From positions 1 to 64,000 of IMG/VR virus record IMGVR_UViG_3300028534_000023: a stretch of DNA of 64,000 nucleotides; one strand, written 5' to 3'. Made by a program: the position numbers and the translations under genes. Source of the stretch: a virus (Duplodnaviria > Caudoviricetes). Shown piece after piece: positions 46,936 to 57,445 of this stretch; the stretch's first letter is position 1; each line of letters starts with the position of its first letter. A model generated the notes under the pieces. That model did not search any database. It was not told the DNA's origin and saw nothing but the letters and a program-made list of their open reading frames with translations.

Positions 46936-48903
46936 ATGAAAATAAATAAAAATAAAGTGCTTAAAGATCTTCAAAGCGATTACGAAAACTCTAAGACTCA
47001 TCAGGAAGCGTGGGTAGGCAAACGTGATTGTTGGATAAGAGAGACTTACGGAAAGCCTTACGGAAATGAAGTAAAAGGAAGATCGTCTATAGTAAGTAAA
47101 GATATAAAACGTCAACTAGAATGGCTTATACCTTCAATGACTGATCCGTTTCTAAGCACTCCAGATGTAATAAAATGTAACCCTGTTACTTATGAAGATA
47201 CTAACGCAGCTAAGCAAAATGAGCTATTGTTGAACACTCAATTTGCTAGATTTTTTGATAGGTACAATTTTATAAATAAAGCAGCTAGAGTACTAGCTAC
47301 TGAAGGTACATGCGTAGTGCAGACTGGGTGGGACTATAAATATGAAGAGGTTGAGGTAGAAACGGATGTTATGACTACTGATAATGAAGGAAATTCTATA
47401 GTATCAGTAGAAAAAACTACTCAATATAAAACGATAAAAAATAGACCTACTGCTAGAGTGTGTAGAGGCGAAGATGTGTTTATAGACCCTACTGCTATGG
47501 GAGAGTTTGATGATGCGCAGTTTATAATATATAGATACGAAACTACGCCTAGTAGTTTGCTTGAAGATGGAAGATATAAAAATATAAAAAAAGTACTACA
47601 AAAAATAGTAAGTAAGTATGATGATGATTATGACCCTGAAGATAGTACAGATTTCGAGTTTAACGACGCTGCTAGAAAGAAATTAGTAGTATATGAGTAT
47701 TGGGGAAACTATGACTTAAATGGTGACGGTATAGCTGAACCTATAGTATGTGTATGGACTGATAGCAATATCATAATACGTTTAGAAGAAAATCCTTTCC
47801 CTGATAAAAAACCACCTTTTATAGTAGTTCCGTTTACTCCTATACCTTTCCAAATGGAGGGCGAAGCTTTAGCAGAAAATATAAGCGATAATCAAAAAAT
47901 AAAAACTGCTATTGTACGTGGCATGATAGATAATATGGCAAGATCTAACAACGGTCAAGTAGGTATTCGTAAAGGTGCGTTAAGTCTTGCTGACAAGAAA
48001 AAGTTTATCAGTGGTAAAAATTTCGAGTTTAATGGTACTCCTAACGATTTCTGGCAAGGTAGCTTCAATCACCTCCCTGCCAGTGCTTTCAATATGCTAG
48101 AACTTATGAATCATGACATAGAAAGCCAAACAGGTGTGAGCAGTTTTAGTGGAGGTATCAACTCTAACAGTTTAGGCAGCACTGCCACAGGTGCTAGACT
48201 TGCTATGGACTCAACATCTATGAGAAAACTTAATCTTATAAGAAACATATCAGAAAATCTTGTTAAACCTCTTATGAGAAAATGGATGTCATATAACGCA
48301 GAATTTCTCGATGAAGAAGAAGTAATAAGAATAACAAACAACGAGTTTATTCCTATTAAACGTGACGACCTTGAAGGCAAGATAGATATTGACATAAGCA
48401 TCAGTACTACAGAAGATAACAGTGCAAAAGCACAGCAGTTAAGTTTCTTGTTGCAAACTATAGGTAATAGTATGGGCACAGAACTTATGCAAATAATCTT
48501 GTCTGATATAGCGTCATTACAAAAAATGCCTGAACTTGCTTATAAAATATCTAACTATAAACCACAGGAAGACCCTAATGCTAACACTGCCCGACAACTA
48601 GAAATGCAACGACTGCAACTAGAAAACGAAATGCTAAAAGCACGTATTGCAGATACTTATTCGAGAGCAGAGGAAAACTCTGTAGATGAAGAGCTTAAAC
48701 ATGCTAGAGCTAGGTTAGAAAATGCAAAAGCAGACAAATTGCTAAGTGACAGGGATTATGTAGATCTTAAGTTTGTTAAAGAAAATATAGGCATCGATCA
48801 CCAAAACCGTCTTGAGCTAGAAGACTTAAAAGCAAGACTAAACCTGCTTAGTATGCAGTATCAACATAAGGCAGGTGATACTAACATAGGAGTAATACAA
48901 TGA
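46936..48903 (+). CDS. Portal protein (N4 gp59-like)
   Basis: GRSSIVSKDIKRQLEW...PFLSTPD; EYWG.YD..GDGIAEPIV; GSTATG. Confidence 0.93.
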   Translation: MKINKNKVLKDLQSDYENSKTHQEAWVGKRDCWIRETYGKPYGNEVKGRSSIVSKDIKRQLEWLIPSMTDPFLSTPDVIKCNPVTYEDTNAAKQNELLLNTQFARFFDRYNFINKAARVLATEGTCVVQTGWDYKYEEVEVETDVMTTDNEGNSIVSVEKTTQYKTIKNRPTARVCRGEDVFIDPTAMGEFDDAQFIIYRYETTPSSLLEDGRYKNIKKVLQKIVSKYDDDYDPEDSTDFEFNDAARKKLVVYEYWGNYDLNGDGIAEPIVCVWTDSNIIIRLEENPFPDKKPPFIVVPFTPIPFQMEGEALAENISDNQKIKTAIVRGMIDNMARSNNGQVGIRKGALSLADKKKFISGKNFEFNGTPNDFWQGSFNHLPASAFNMLELMNHDIESQTGVSSFSGGINSNSLGSTATGARLAMDSTSMRKLNLIRNISENLVKPLMRKWMSYNAEFLDEEEVIRITNNEFIPIKRDDLEGKIDIDISISTTEDNSAKAQQLSFLLQTIGNSMGTELMQIILSDIASLQKMPELAYKISNYKPQEDPNANTARQLEMQRLQLENEMLKARIADTYSRAEENSVDEELKHARARLENAKADKLLSDRDYVDLKFVKENIGIDHQNRLELEDLKARLNLLSMQYQHKAGDTNIGVIQ

Positions 48904-49124
48904 CAGTATTAGAAAGAGCTGCCAGAACAGAAAAAAATGCAAGCACTTTAAGAAGCATTGAGGAATATAAAAATGCTATGGCTAGAATTGGTGAGCAATT
49001 ACTAGCATCAAGATCAATTAAAAGTGTAGAAGTAGACCCTCGTACAGAAATTAGCTATAACAGTACTAGTTATGGCAGTGACTACAATAATGATGGTCTA
49101 GCTTCTATGTTAATGCCTAACTAA
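48900..49124 (+). CDS. Small hypothetical late protein
   Basis: ATGA overlap with the portal stop. Confidence 0.6.
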   Translation: MTVLERAARTEKNASTLRSIEEYKNAMARIGEQLLASRSIKSVEVDPRTEISYNSTSYGSDYNNDGLASMLMPN

Positions 49125-49142
49125 AATAATAAGGAATACGAT

Positions 49143-49439
49143 ATGATTAATAACACTAACAACGGTCTTGCTGAACAACTTACTGCACCTACTGCAAACA
49201 ATGTAACTACTGCTGGTAATTACACTAACACAAAAGAAAATATTTCACAGCAGCAGATGATGGAATTTATTATGCAGATTGTAGAACTACTCAAACAAGG
49301 CGTTACAGAACAAGAGTTGATAAATAACGGAATACCTACAGAGTTTATAGATATAGCTAAAGAACAGATAGGAACATATAACAATGAAGTAAAACGCAGT
49401 GATGAAGGCATAGGACTAGCAGAATTAAGTACTATGTAA
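49143..49439 (+). CDS. Small hypothetical late protein
   Basis: SD AAGGA. Confidence 0.7.
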   Translation: MINNTNNGLAEQLTAPTANNVTTAGNYTNTKENISQQQMMEFIMQIVELLKQGVTEQELINNGIPTEFIDIAKEQIGTYNNEVKRSDEGIGLAELSTM

Positions 49440-49521
49440 GCTTAAGTTAAGTTTAAGTTAAATATAATTTCGTATTGATTACATTTTCTGTGTGTCGATA
49501 CAACATTTAAAGGATTCATTT

Positions 49522-49827
49522 ATGAACAACCAAAAACCAACTGAAGAACTGTTTACAGTTGATAATGAAAAGTATGTAAAACTTAACGAAGCATTATCAC
49601 GACTTAAAGAAAATGAAGATTTTCAAACTTTGATACTTAATGGTTACTTTAAGGATAAAGCTATAAGTAGTGTTAGTATGCTAGCAGCTCCTTACACGAT
49701 GCAAACAGGTGCACGTAAAGATGTTCTTGAGCAATTAATTGCTATTAGTTACTTAGAAGATTACTTTATCACTATCGAAAATCTAGGTGCTGTTACACCT
49801 GATGAAGATGAAGATGGAGATAGTTAA
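49522..49827 (+). CDS. N4 gp58-like protein
   Basis: EALSRLKENEDFQTLILNGYF; ATG 49522 after AAGGA; synteny. Confidence 0.75.
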   Translation: MNNQKPTEELFTVDNEKYVKLNEALSRLKENEDFQTLILNGYFKDKAISSVSMLAAPYTMQTGARKDVLEQLIAISYLEDYFITIENLGAVTPDEDEDGDS

Positions 49828-50972
49828 TGGCTAAGCAATATACAGACGACGAACTATTTACAATGAGTGATGAAGAGTTTGAACAAGTTTTAGCTGAAGA
49901 TGCTTCTGGTGTTGATGAGTTTATTGATGATTCTACAGATACGGAACAACCTGATGGTGTACAGGATTCCGACAATAATGCTGATTATGAAACTGATATT
50001 ACTGATGACTCAGATTCTAGGAGTACTGACGATATTGAAGACAACCCTGCTGAAGAGGGCTCTGATGTCTCTGAAGACCACCCTACAGAAACTGAAACTG
50101 ATGATGTCGATGAACAAACAGAAGAAAGTACTGATATTAATGAAGAAACCACTGCTGCTGAAAACACTAAATCTGACAAAAAAGTATTTAGAGCTAACGG
50201 AGTAGATTACGAGTTTACTCCTGAAGAGATTATGGAGAAGTTTCCTATAGTATTTGCTCAAGCTATGGATTATACTAAAAAAACACAACGTATAAAACCA
50301 TACAGTAAAACTATTGATGCTATAGAGCAGGCTGGTTTAACTCATGATGACATAAATTTGGCTATTGATGTACTTAAAGGAGACAAAGATGCTCTTACTG
50401 AGGTATTAAAAAGAACAGGTGTAGATGCCCTCGATTTAGACCCAGATAATAGTAAATACACTCCTAATGATTATGGTCGTGATGAACATACTCAAGCTCT
50501 TGAAGAGACAATTAAACAGATAAGTTTAGACCCTGAATACTCAGTTACGCAACGAGTACTTACTCAAGATTGGGATGAAACATCGTTTAACACTGTTACT
50601 CAAGATCCTAACATGTTACGTGGATTGCATATCGATGTTAAGACAGGTACGTATGCCAAACTCTTACCTGTAGCAGAGAAGCTTAAAGTATATGATAATG
50701 GTAGAAAACCGTTTATCGAGTATTATAAAGAAGCTGCTTCTAAGGTACTTAACAACACTGCAAAAGATGTACATGTAAATACAACACAAAAAGCCCCTGT
50801 ACAACGTACAGCAGTTGTAAACAAAAGTAAGGCACAGGCTAGAATTAAAGCAGCTCCTACACGTAAGGCTGTTACTAATTCAAACAACTCTAGCAATAAC
50901 GGTTTTGACTATATCAATGGATCAGACGAAGAGTTTGAAAAATGGTATAACAACATAAGAAAGAATAGCTAG
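49827..50972 (+). CDS. Scaffold-like acidic protein (N4 gp57-like)
   Basis: Acidic N-terminus; FRANG, QAMDYTKKTQRIKP; directly upstream of the capsid gene. Confidence 0.8.
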   Translation: MAKQYTDDELFTMSDEEFEQVLAEDASGVDEFIDDSTDTEQPDGVQDSDNNADYETDITDDSDSRSTDDIEDNPAEEGSDVSEDHPTETETDDVDEQTEESTDINEETTAAENTKSDKKVFRANGVDYEFTPEEIMEKFPIVFAQAMDYTKKTQRIKPYSKTIDAIEQAGLTHDDINLAIDVLKGDKDALTEVLKRTGVDALDLDPDNSKYTPNDYGRDEHTQALEETIKQISLDPEYSVTQRVLTQDWDETSFNTVTQDPNMLRGLHIDVKTGTYAKLLPVAEKLKVYDNGRKPFIEYYKEAASKVLNNTAKDVHVNTTQKAPVQRTAVVNKSKAQARIKAAPTRKAVTNSNNSSNNGFDYINGSDEEFEKWYNNIRKNS

Positions 50973-50997
50973 GTTCTTTCTGTAAAGGATATAAATT

Positions 50998-52164
50998 ATG
51001 GCAACTAACTTTTATGGTGATGGTACTAACGCAAGTGCTGGCTCTAATGTAAACTTACACTTTTATGACCGTGTAGGTATCAAAGCAGCTAACAGATCTA
51101 GTATTTATTCTCAATTCGCTTCTCGTAAATACATGCCACAAAAACTCGGCAATGTTTATAAAATTAGTAAGTACTTACATATGTATGATAGATCTGTAAC
51201 AGATGCAGATTTTGCTTCAAAAGGTTATTTAACTGCTCGTACAGCTGCAGAGGTTTCTGCTTCATTGTCGTCTGCATTACTTGCTGAAGGCGCTGGCGCA
51301 GTAAATAAAAGAAAACTTCAAAAAGTTACTATGGAAACTCAACTCGCTCACTATGGAGAGATGGTTGATTATACTGATGAAGTAATTCTTTTCTCTAACG
51401 ATGATATGCAGGTGAAATATCATGAAGAACTTGGTGAGTTAGCAAACTCAAGGATAGAAGATCTTATCCAACTAGATATGTTGTCTACTGGTACTGTACT
51501 TTATGCTGGTACTGCTACGTCGTTAAGTACAGTAGGTAAGGACATCGCTGCTGATGGTTCTGAAGACGCTAACTGGATTGCTAACTATGATCTTATGCGT
51601 AAAGCTGTTCGTAAACTTGTTCGTAACCGTGCTAACAAAAATACAGAAATCGTAACAGGGTCAACAAAAGTGGACACTTCTACTGTACCAAAATCGTACT
51701 ATGCTATTATTGGTGCAGATGTTAAAGCAGATTTAGAGACAGCTACTCGTGGTTCTGGTTCTGAGACTGAATATGTGTTTACCCCTGCTTCACGTTACGC
51801 ATCTGCACGTACACTTGTTGATGGAGAAGTTGGTGCAATGCACGAGATTATTTTTATCGAGTCTGAAGGTGCAGTAGTTTATCGTGGTGAAGGTGCTGAT
51901 GTCCCTGCTGATTATGCAGGTACTTTACAAAACGATGGATCTAAGTTCGATGTATTCCCTATTCTTTTCCCTACTAAAGATGCTTTTGCGACAGTCGGTC
52001 TAAAAGGTCGTGGAAGAATCAAATTCAACAAACAATCACCTGAACAAGTTGATAGCAACAATCCTTATGGAACAAACGGGTTCTTCTCGTACAATATGTA
52101 TTACGGTGGTATCATCCTTGAAGAGGAAAAACTACTTAAAGTTCTAGTAGCTGCACGTAAATAA
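50998..52164 (+). CDS. Major capsid protein, N4-gp56 family
   Basis: YSQFASRKYMPQKLG, L.EGAGAVN, DSNNPYGTNGFFSY. Confidence 0.95.
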   Translation: MATNFYGDGTNASAGSNVNLHFYDRVGIKAANRSSIYSQFASRKYMPQKLGNVYKISKYLHMYDRSVTDADFASKGYLTARTAAEVSASLSSALLAEGAGAVNKRKLQKVTMETQLAHYGEMVDYTDEVILFSNDDMQVKYHEELGELANSRIEDLIQLDMLSTGTVLYAGTATSLSTVGKDIAADGSEDANWIANYDLMRKAVRKLVRNRANKNTEIVTGSTKVDTSTVPKSYYAIIGADVKADLETATRGSGSETEYVFTPASRYASARTLVDGEVGAMHEIIFIESEGAVVYRGEGADVPADYAGTLQNDGSKFDVFPILFPTKDAFATVGLKGRGRIKFNKQSPEQVDSNNPYGTNGFFSYNMYYGGIILEEEKLLKVLVAARK

Positions 52165-52181
52165 TAGAGTTATGCACAACC

Positions 52182-52211
52182 TAACCCATGCACAGCAGTG
52201 TGCTAGGGTTA
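52182..52211 (+). terminator. Stem-loop after the capsid gene
   Basis: TAACCC..GCACA-GCAG-TGTGC..GGGTTA; weak U-tract. Confidence 0.55.
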
Positions 52212-52322
52212 TGTAACGTATTTCTCACACACTACTCTTTCATACTCAATTGACACTTGATCTATATTTATTTTTACGGTATACTTCATTATTACATAAC
52301 ATAGATAAAGGACAATACTAAC

Positions 52323-52835
52323 ATGAGTAAAGTAGAACAATCATTAGAAACATTGAAGCAAGAGGCTGATGAATTAGGTATTAAATATAGTGGTAACATA
52401 GGAGTTACAGCTTTGCAAGCTAAGATTGACGCACACTATAAGAAAATAGAAGAAGGAGACTCTTCTAATAGTGTTAACGAAATCCCTGGAGTACCTACAA
52501 ACAATACAACTTTACCTACAAAAGCAAAGTCATTTTTAGAAAAAGCCAGAGATGCTGAAAAAGCAGCTCGTAAAACTCTTGTAGTTCGCATTCTTGATAA
52601 CGATCAAAGACAAAATAACCATACTACTACAGTTACTGCCCATTGTAGTAATGCTATGTTTGATCTTGGGTCTGTAGTACTTCCATTAAACATGCCTGTA
52701 GAAGTTATGCAAGGTCATATTGACACTCTCAAAGAAGTTCAGATACCTGCTCACGTAAAAGACTACAAAACTGGACTTGCTACAACAGAACTTCGTCCTA
52801 GATATACTATTTCTGTTGTTTCAGATACTAAGTAA
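52323..52835 (+). CDS. N4 gp55-like protein
   Basis: LKQEADELGIKYSGNIG N-terminus; LVVRI; synteny. Confidence 0.75.
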   Translation: MSKVEQSLETLKQEADELGIKYSGNIGVTALQAKIDAHYKKIEEGDSSNSVNEIPGVPTNNTTLPTKAKSFLEKARDAEKAARKTLVVRILDNDQRQNNHTTTVTAHCSNAMFDLGSVVLPLNMPVEVMQGHIDTLKEVQIPAHVKDYKTGLATTELRPRYTISVVSDTK

Positions 52836-52867
52836 ATATACTTACAAACACAATATAGTAGTGTAAA

Positions 52868-53221
52868 ATGCCTGTAAATATCGATTCACTTACGTCTAAT
52901 GTTACTGAAGATGTTTCTACATTCGAAGTTACTGGAGATGGTATTTTTGACAAATTAATGGAAACTATAACTAAACATATAAGTATTCAATACAAAGCAG
53001 GTAGAATATCTGGTAACGATTATGCTACAGTATACGTAACATCGTTACAAGCTGCTTTACAGCAGTCTATGGAATTTGTTCTTAAAGAGGAACTTACTAA
53101 TTTAGAGATAGAAAAAGCTATAAAAAGCAATGCTTTATTAGACTGCGAGTTAGATAAGTGTAAAAAATTACTATTCAAAGAAATGCGTGGTATTAATTAT
53201 ACAGATAGTACAGATGTTTAG
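52868..53221 (+). CDS. N4 gp54-like structural protein, N-terminal domain only
   Basis: GDGIFDKLM...YKAGRISGNDYATVY..LQAALQQS. Confidence 0.75.
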   Translation: MPVNIDSLTSNVTEDVSTFEVTGDGIFDKLMETITKHISIQYKAGRISGNDYATVYVTSLQAALQQSMEFVLKEELTNLEIEKAIKSNALLDCELDKCKKLLFKEMRGINYTDSTDV

Positions 53222-53242
53222 CGATAAGGAGTATAATAAATT

Positions 53243-54094
53243 ATGGCAGTTGTATACAACAAAGAAGTAGTAGGTTCTTTAGATGTAATTCCTACATTTA
53301 TAGCAATTATGCAAGAGTCTACTGGAAAAGATTCTGTTTATATTAGGGCTAAAGAGACTATGCAAAATTTCTTAGACTCTGCTAATATGTCTGACGTAGA
53401 GAAAGCTTCACAACTACAGCAAACACTTGTAAGCATAACTGCAAATCTTACAGACGCTGCATTAAACGCTTCTATACAAATAGCTAAAGAAGATAGAGAA
53501 GCTCCTTATAAATTGGCTGAACAGCGTGAGTCTACTTTACTAAAACAACAACAAAGAGAAAATCTTGCAAAAGAATATGATAACATGGTACTGCAAGGCG
53601 ATGCTATGGAGATTGATACACAGTTGAAAGTAGTTAAAGGGTGGGCAGAACAAGCTGCTATGGAGAAAGACTACGGCATTGACTTGTCTAATCTTCCTAC
53701 TACATCTACTGTAAAACTACCTGAAACAGCTATACGTGATAGGGGTACTAGATGGGAACAGATGCAGCAAACCAAAATGTCTGTGTATGCTACGTTAGCT
53801 AAATCGTATAGGGAGAACGGTGTGGTATCTTGGACTGTAGATGATGAAACAAACAAAATCAACACTATAACTGACTTAGCTCCAAACACACCTGGTCTAA
53901 CTAAAAGACAAGAAGACGTAGCTATACGACAAAAACAGTCATTTAATGATAATATGGCTCAACATGCTGCAAATTCAAGCGCTAATATGATAGGATTGTT
54001 ACTATCTGCAGCTGATGCAGGTGCTATCACTGATAATGACGTAGATAGATGGCGTAGAGCTTTAGATTACTTACTGTCAGGAACTACAAACTAA
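53243..54094 (+). CDS. Structural protein (second gp54-like paralog)
   Basis: C-terminal RQKQSFNDNMAQHAAN; SD AAGGAG. Confidence 0.6.
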   Translation: MAVVYNKEVVGSLDVIPTFIAIMQESTGKDSVYIRAKETMQNFLDSANMSDVEKASQLQQTLVSITANLTDAALNASIQIAKEDREAPYKLAEQRESTLLKQQQRENLAKEYDNMVLQGDAMEIDTQLKVVKGWAEQAAMEKDYGIDLSNLPTTSTVKLPETAIRDRGTRWEQMQQTKMSVYATLAKSYRENGVVSWTVDDETNKINTITDLAPNTPGLTKRQEDVAIRQKQSFNDNMAQHAANSSANMIGLLLSAADAGAITDNDVDRWRRALDYLLSGTTN

Positions 54095-54096
54095 TC

Positions 54097-54459
54097 ATGA
54101 TTACTGATTTTGTTGTACCTAAGGGAAAATATTTTCAATTTTACTTAAATATAAGAGAGGCAGATAGTTTTATCGCACAGAATTTAGATTCTTGCGACTC
54201 TGCTAACTTTACGTTGCTAGAATCTGATACGTTAAATAATGTATTTACAGAGGCGTTAGAAATAGTCGATTCTGCAAATGGTAAAGTAAAAGGGTCTATA
54301 GATTCTGCAGTTACTGATACATTAAAAGTAGATAGGGGAAATAAAGAAGATAACTATTACTTAAAGCCTACATATAAGCTTAACATATATCTAACTTTTT
54401 CAGATGACACTCCACCTATAACTGCATCTATAGACAAGGTTTACATACTACCTACATAA
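54097..54459 (+). CDS. Small beta-rich virion protein (BppU-N/gp52-like)
   Basis: 120 aa; FQFYLNI...GKVKGSI...YKLNIYLTF. Confidence 0.55.
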   Translation: MITDFVVPKGKYFQFYLNIREADSFIAQNLDSCDSANFTLLESDTLNNVFTEALEIVDSANGKVKGSIDSAVTDTLKVDRGNKEDNYYLKPTYKLNIYLTFSDDTPPITASIDKVYILPT

Positions 54460-54494
54460 GTTAATTCTTATGTATTGTGAAAAGGCATAAATAA

Positions 54495-57440
54495 ATGGAT
54501 ACAACTGTACACGTTGACGGCACACCAACAGTTAGCGTAGAATCTGCTAGTATAATAGATGCAGCTATACCAACTACATACAGTTCCAACAAGGCTATGC
54601 ACACTGTAGAATCTTCTACAAATGTATTTAGCGTAGTTCCTAAAGGGTTTTATTCTGGTAATTTGTCAGGTAATATACCTACATGGCTTGATGAAGCAGT
54701 TACTCAAGCAGTTGCTAATGGAACTGTGTCACTGTCGCAGGCTATAGCAGACCTTAACACATATGTAAACTCGATAGATGAGGGTGTACGTCAAAGTATC
54801 TCAAACATAAACAACGCAACTGAGAAACTTAACGGACTCATAACTACAGTGAAGACCGAATCTGAAGAAGGTATAGCTGCTATATCGGATGTGCTAGTAA
54901 CTAAAGTTACTGCAGACGAAGCCTCTGCTATATCGCAAACTGTAGTAGGCTCTGTTTTTTCTGGAGATGGTAATGAGATTGTAAACAGTTGGCTTATTAA
55001 TAGTATGAAAACATACACTGACGCTACTACTGCAAATACTACAACAACTAATATGTTAGTATCTGCTATAAACAACCCTAACACAGGGTTGGAAGCAACT
55101 GCAGCTAATATTGCTGCTGGGTATGCAACTGTAGGGCTAAACTCTGACGGTACTCTTAATTCTATGGCTGGAGAGCTTGGTAGATTGACTGCTACAGCGT
55201 ACGGAATAGAGGCTAGGCTTATTACATCTGACGGAGTAGCTTCAGGTAAATTTGAAGAATGGGATGAAACGTCAGACCCTAAAATAGGTATGATACACAC
55301 AGAGCCTGACGGTACTATATTTCAATATTTTGGTGGATCTTACGATGAAGGGTATCAAATAGGTTGGAAAAAGCTGGATAAAAATATATTTAGAATTACA
55401 TCTGATCTTAACGGTAAGATAGATGCTATAGCAGACGGTCTACAAAATCAGCTTGACGGTAATATAACTACTTGGTTTTTTTCTGGCTCTCCTGAATTTT
55501 CTGAAAATGATGCAGATTTTGTATCATCTAACAACGAAGCTGATTTAACTGCTGGATCTTTGATATGGAGTCTTGTTGATAGATGTATGTTTGTGTACAA
55601 CGGTGATGACAATACCGTTGATCTTACTACTGTAACCTTTGTTACTGATACTGACTATACACCTGTGTACAAGTTAAATAATGCAGATAAAGACTGGTAT
55701 GCTGATGACAACGTCGATACATCGTACGGGTACGTGTGGTATGTAGATGACTCTATACAACCAGTACTTGATACCACTGTTGACGTGTCTATTGTTACAA
55801 GGGTGCAACATGTAGGTGATTTGTACTACGATAGAATTACAGGATATGCTTATAGGTTTGCGTACGAAGATTTACCTGATGATACACCAGACAGAGGTAC
55901 TTATTTCAGTTGGATAAAAATAACTGACGTAGATATAACTAAAGCACTTGCTGACGCAGCTCAAGCTCAAGATACTGCTGATAGCAAGCGTAGAGTATTT
56001 GGTGGTTCATATTTAGTTGACGGACATCCTTATACTCCATACGACGAAGGCGATTTGTGGGCTAGAGAATTTACTGAAGGCACTGAGATGTGGAAGTCTA
56101 CTGTAAACAGGGCTAGTGGAGAGTCATTTAATGAAGTAGATTGGGTAAAAGTCAGTACTGATACAGTTGTTGCTGTATGGGCTGCTGGAGCTAGTAAACT
56201 TATTACTGACCCCAATACAGGTGCTATAACAGGTTGGAGTTTTGCTGACGGTAGTGCTATAGCTAGTGAATTTGTTATAAACGCAGATACTTTTTACATC
56301 AACAGCTCGTCAAACCCTTCTTATAAACCGTTTGTTGTTGATGGAGATCTGATTAAATTTAATGGATACGTGTCATTTGACGGTCTTGGAATAAATTCTT
56401 ACAGTACTACAATAGACGGTGGTCTCATTGAAACCAATACACTAAATGCTGATACAATAAAAGCAGGTAGTACAATAACTTCACCTGTTGTAGTAGGTGG
56501 TAAGTTTATAGGTGGTGTTGTGTCTGGAACTATACTTCAAACATCATATAAAGATTATAGAACATCCTTGTTACAAAGTTCACTTACTAATCACCAATTT
56601 TCAGAAATACCTAATTCGTTCGGATGGAAAGAAGAGTTAGAACGTTACGTATTCGCTAAAGATACTGAAGGCAACTTGTTAAAAGATTATGATGATATGT
56701 TTAGAATACCTACTACAGAATCATTTACAGCTCACGGTAGGAATATTGATGTTATCAGATCTCTATCCGAAGACAACGAAGGAACTGTTGTAGGTATTTT
56801 AGCTGGAATATACTCAAGCAGTGCTCTGTATCACTCTGGTATAGACGAAGATACTGAATTTTTTGAAGGTGCTATATTCGGAAATAGATTAATACATAAC
56901 AATCTATGCTATTTATCAAACTTTCCTACGTCTACATATATAGAACTGCAAGCAAATACCGGTAATGGAGAATATCAAGAACTTGAAACAGATGTAGTTC
57001 TAAACATTTTTGGTAAAACCTTGCACATACACTGTTTTGTAGAAAAAAAGCATTATGCAGACTTGACTACAAACAACGATACTGGATTTTCTATAAGTAT
57101 TGATGATTCTGTTATACATTCATATACTGTACAAGGCGATGAAACTGCTAATGAACATTTCGACCTAACTATAAATATTTCTGAATATTTAGCGTGTACT
57201 ATAAATGTTTCTGTACAAAACTATACTAGTACAGACGGTTCTACAAAAAACTGCGTTGTTATACTAGACATGAAATTTGCTGATATGGATTCAATTAGAG
57301 AAATTGAAGTTTATGGAGATGATTCAGAACTCTGTACATATTACTCATATAGTAGAGTTAAACGTGGTTCTGGAGATGCTCCGTTAGCATGCGTTCATTC
57401 AATAAATTGTGATGACTTTCTTGTTACAAACATAATATAG
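54495..57440 (+). CDS. Tail fibre / tail-tip-like protein
   Basis: VGDLYYD, DITKALADAAQAQDTADSKRRVF, PYDEGDLW, SEFVINAD.F, TTIDGGLI.T. Confidence 0.8.
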   Translation: MDTTVHVDGTPTVSVESASIIDAAIPTTYSSNKAMHTVESSTNVFSVVPKGFYSGNLSGNIPTWLDEAVTQAVANGTVSLSQAIADLNTYVNSIDEGVRQSISNINNATEKLNGLITTVKTESEEGIAAISDVLVTKVTADEASAISQTVVGSVFSGDGNEIVNSWLINSMKTYTDATTANTTTTNMLVSAINNPNTGLEATAANIAAGYATVGLNSDGTLNSMAGELGRLTATAYGIEARLITSDGVASGKFEEWDETSDPKIGMIHTEPDGTIFQYFGGSYDEGYQIGWKKLDKNIFRITSDLNGKIDAIADGLQNQLDGNITTWFFSGSPEFSENDADFVSSNNEADLTAGSLIWSLVDRCMFVYNGDDNTVDLTTVTFVTDTDYTPVYKLNNADKDWYADDNVDTSYGYVWYVDDSIQPVLDTTVDVSIVTRVQHVGDLYYDRITGYAYRFAYEDLPDDTPDRGTYFSWIKITDVDITKALADAAQAQDTADSKRRVFGGSYLVDGHPYTPYDEGDLWAREFTEGTEMWKSTVNRASGESFNEVDWVKVSTDTVVAVWAAGASKLITDPNTGAITGWSFADGSAIASEFVINADTFYINSSSNPSYKPFVVDGDLIKFNGYVSFDGLGINSYSTTIDGGLIETNTLNADTIKAGSTITSPVVVGGKFIGGVVSGTILQTSYKDYRTSLLQSSLTNHQFSEIPNSFGWKEELERYVFAKDTEGNLLKDYDDMFRIPTTESFTAHGRNIDVIRSLSEDNEGTVVGILAGIYSSSALYHSGIDEDTEFFEGAIFGNRLIHNNLCYLSNFPTSTYIELQANTGNGEYQELETDVVLNIFGKTLHIHCFVEKKHYADLTTNNDTGFSISIDDSVIHSYTVQGDETANEHFDLTINISEYLACTINVSVQNYTSTDGSTKNCVVILDMKFADMDSIREIEVYGDDSELCTYYSYSRVKRGSGDAPLACVHSINCDDFLVTNII

Positions 57441-57445
57441 GATGT

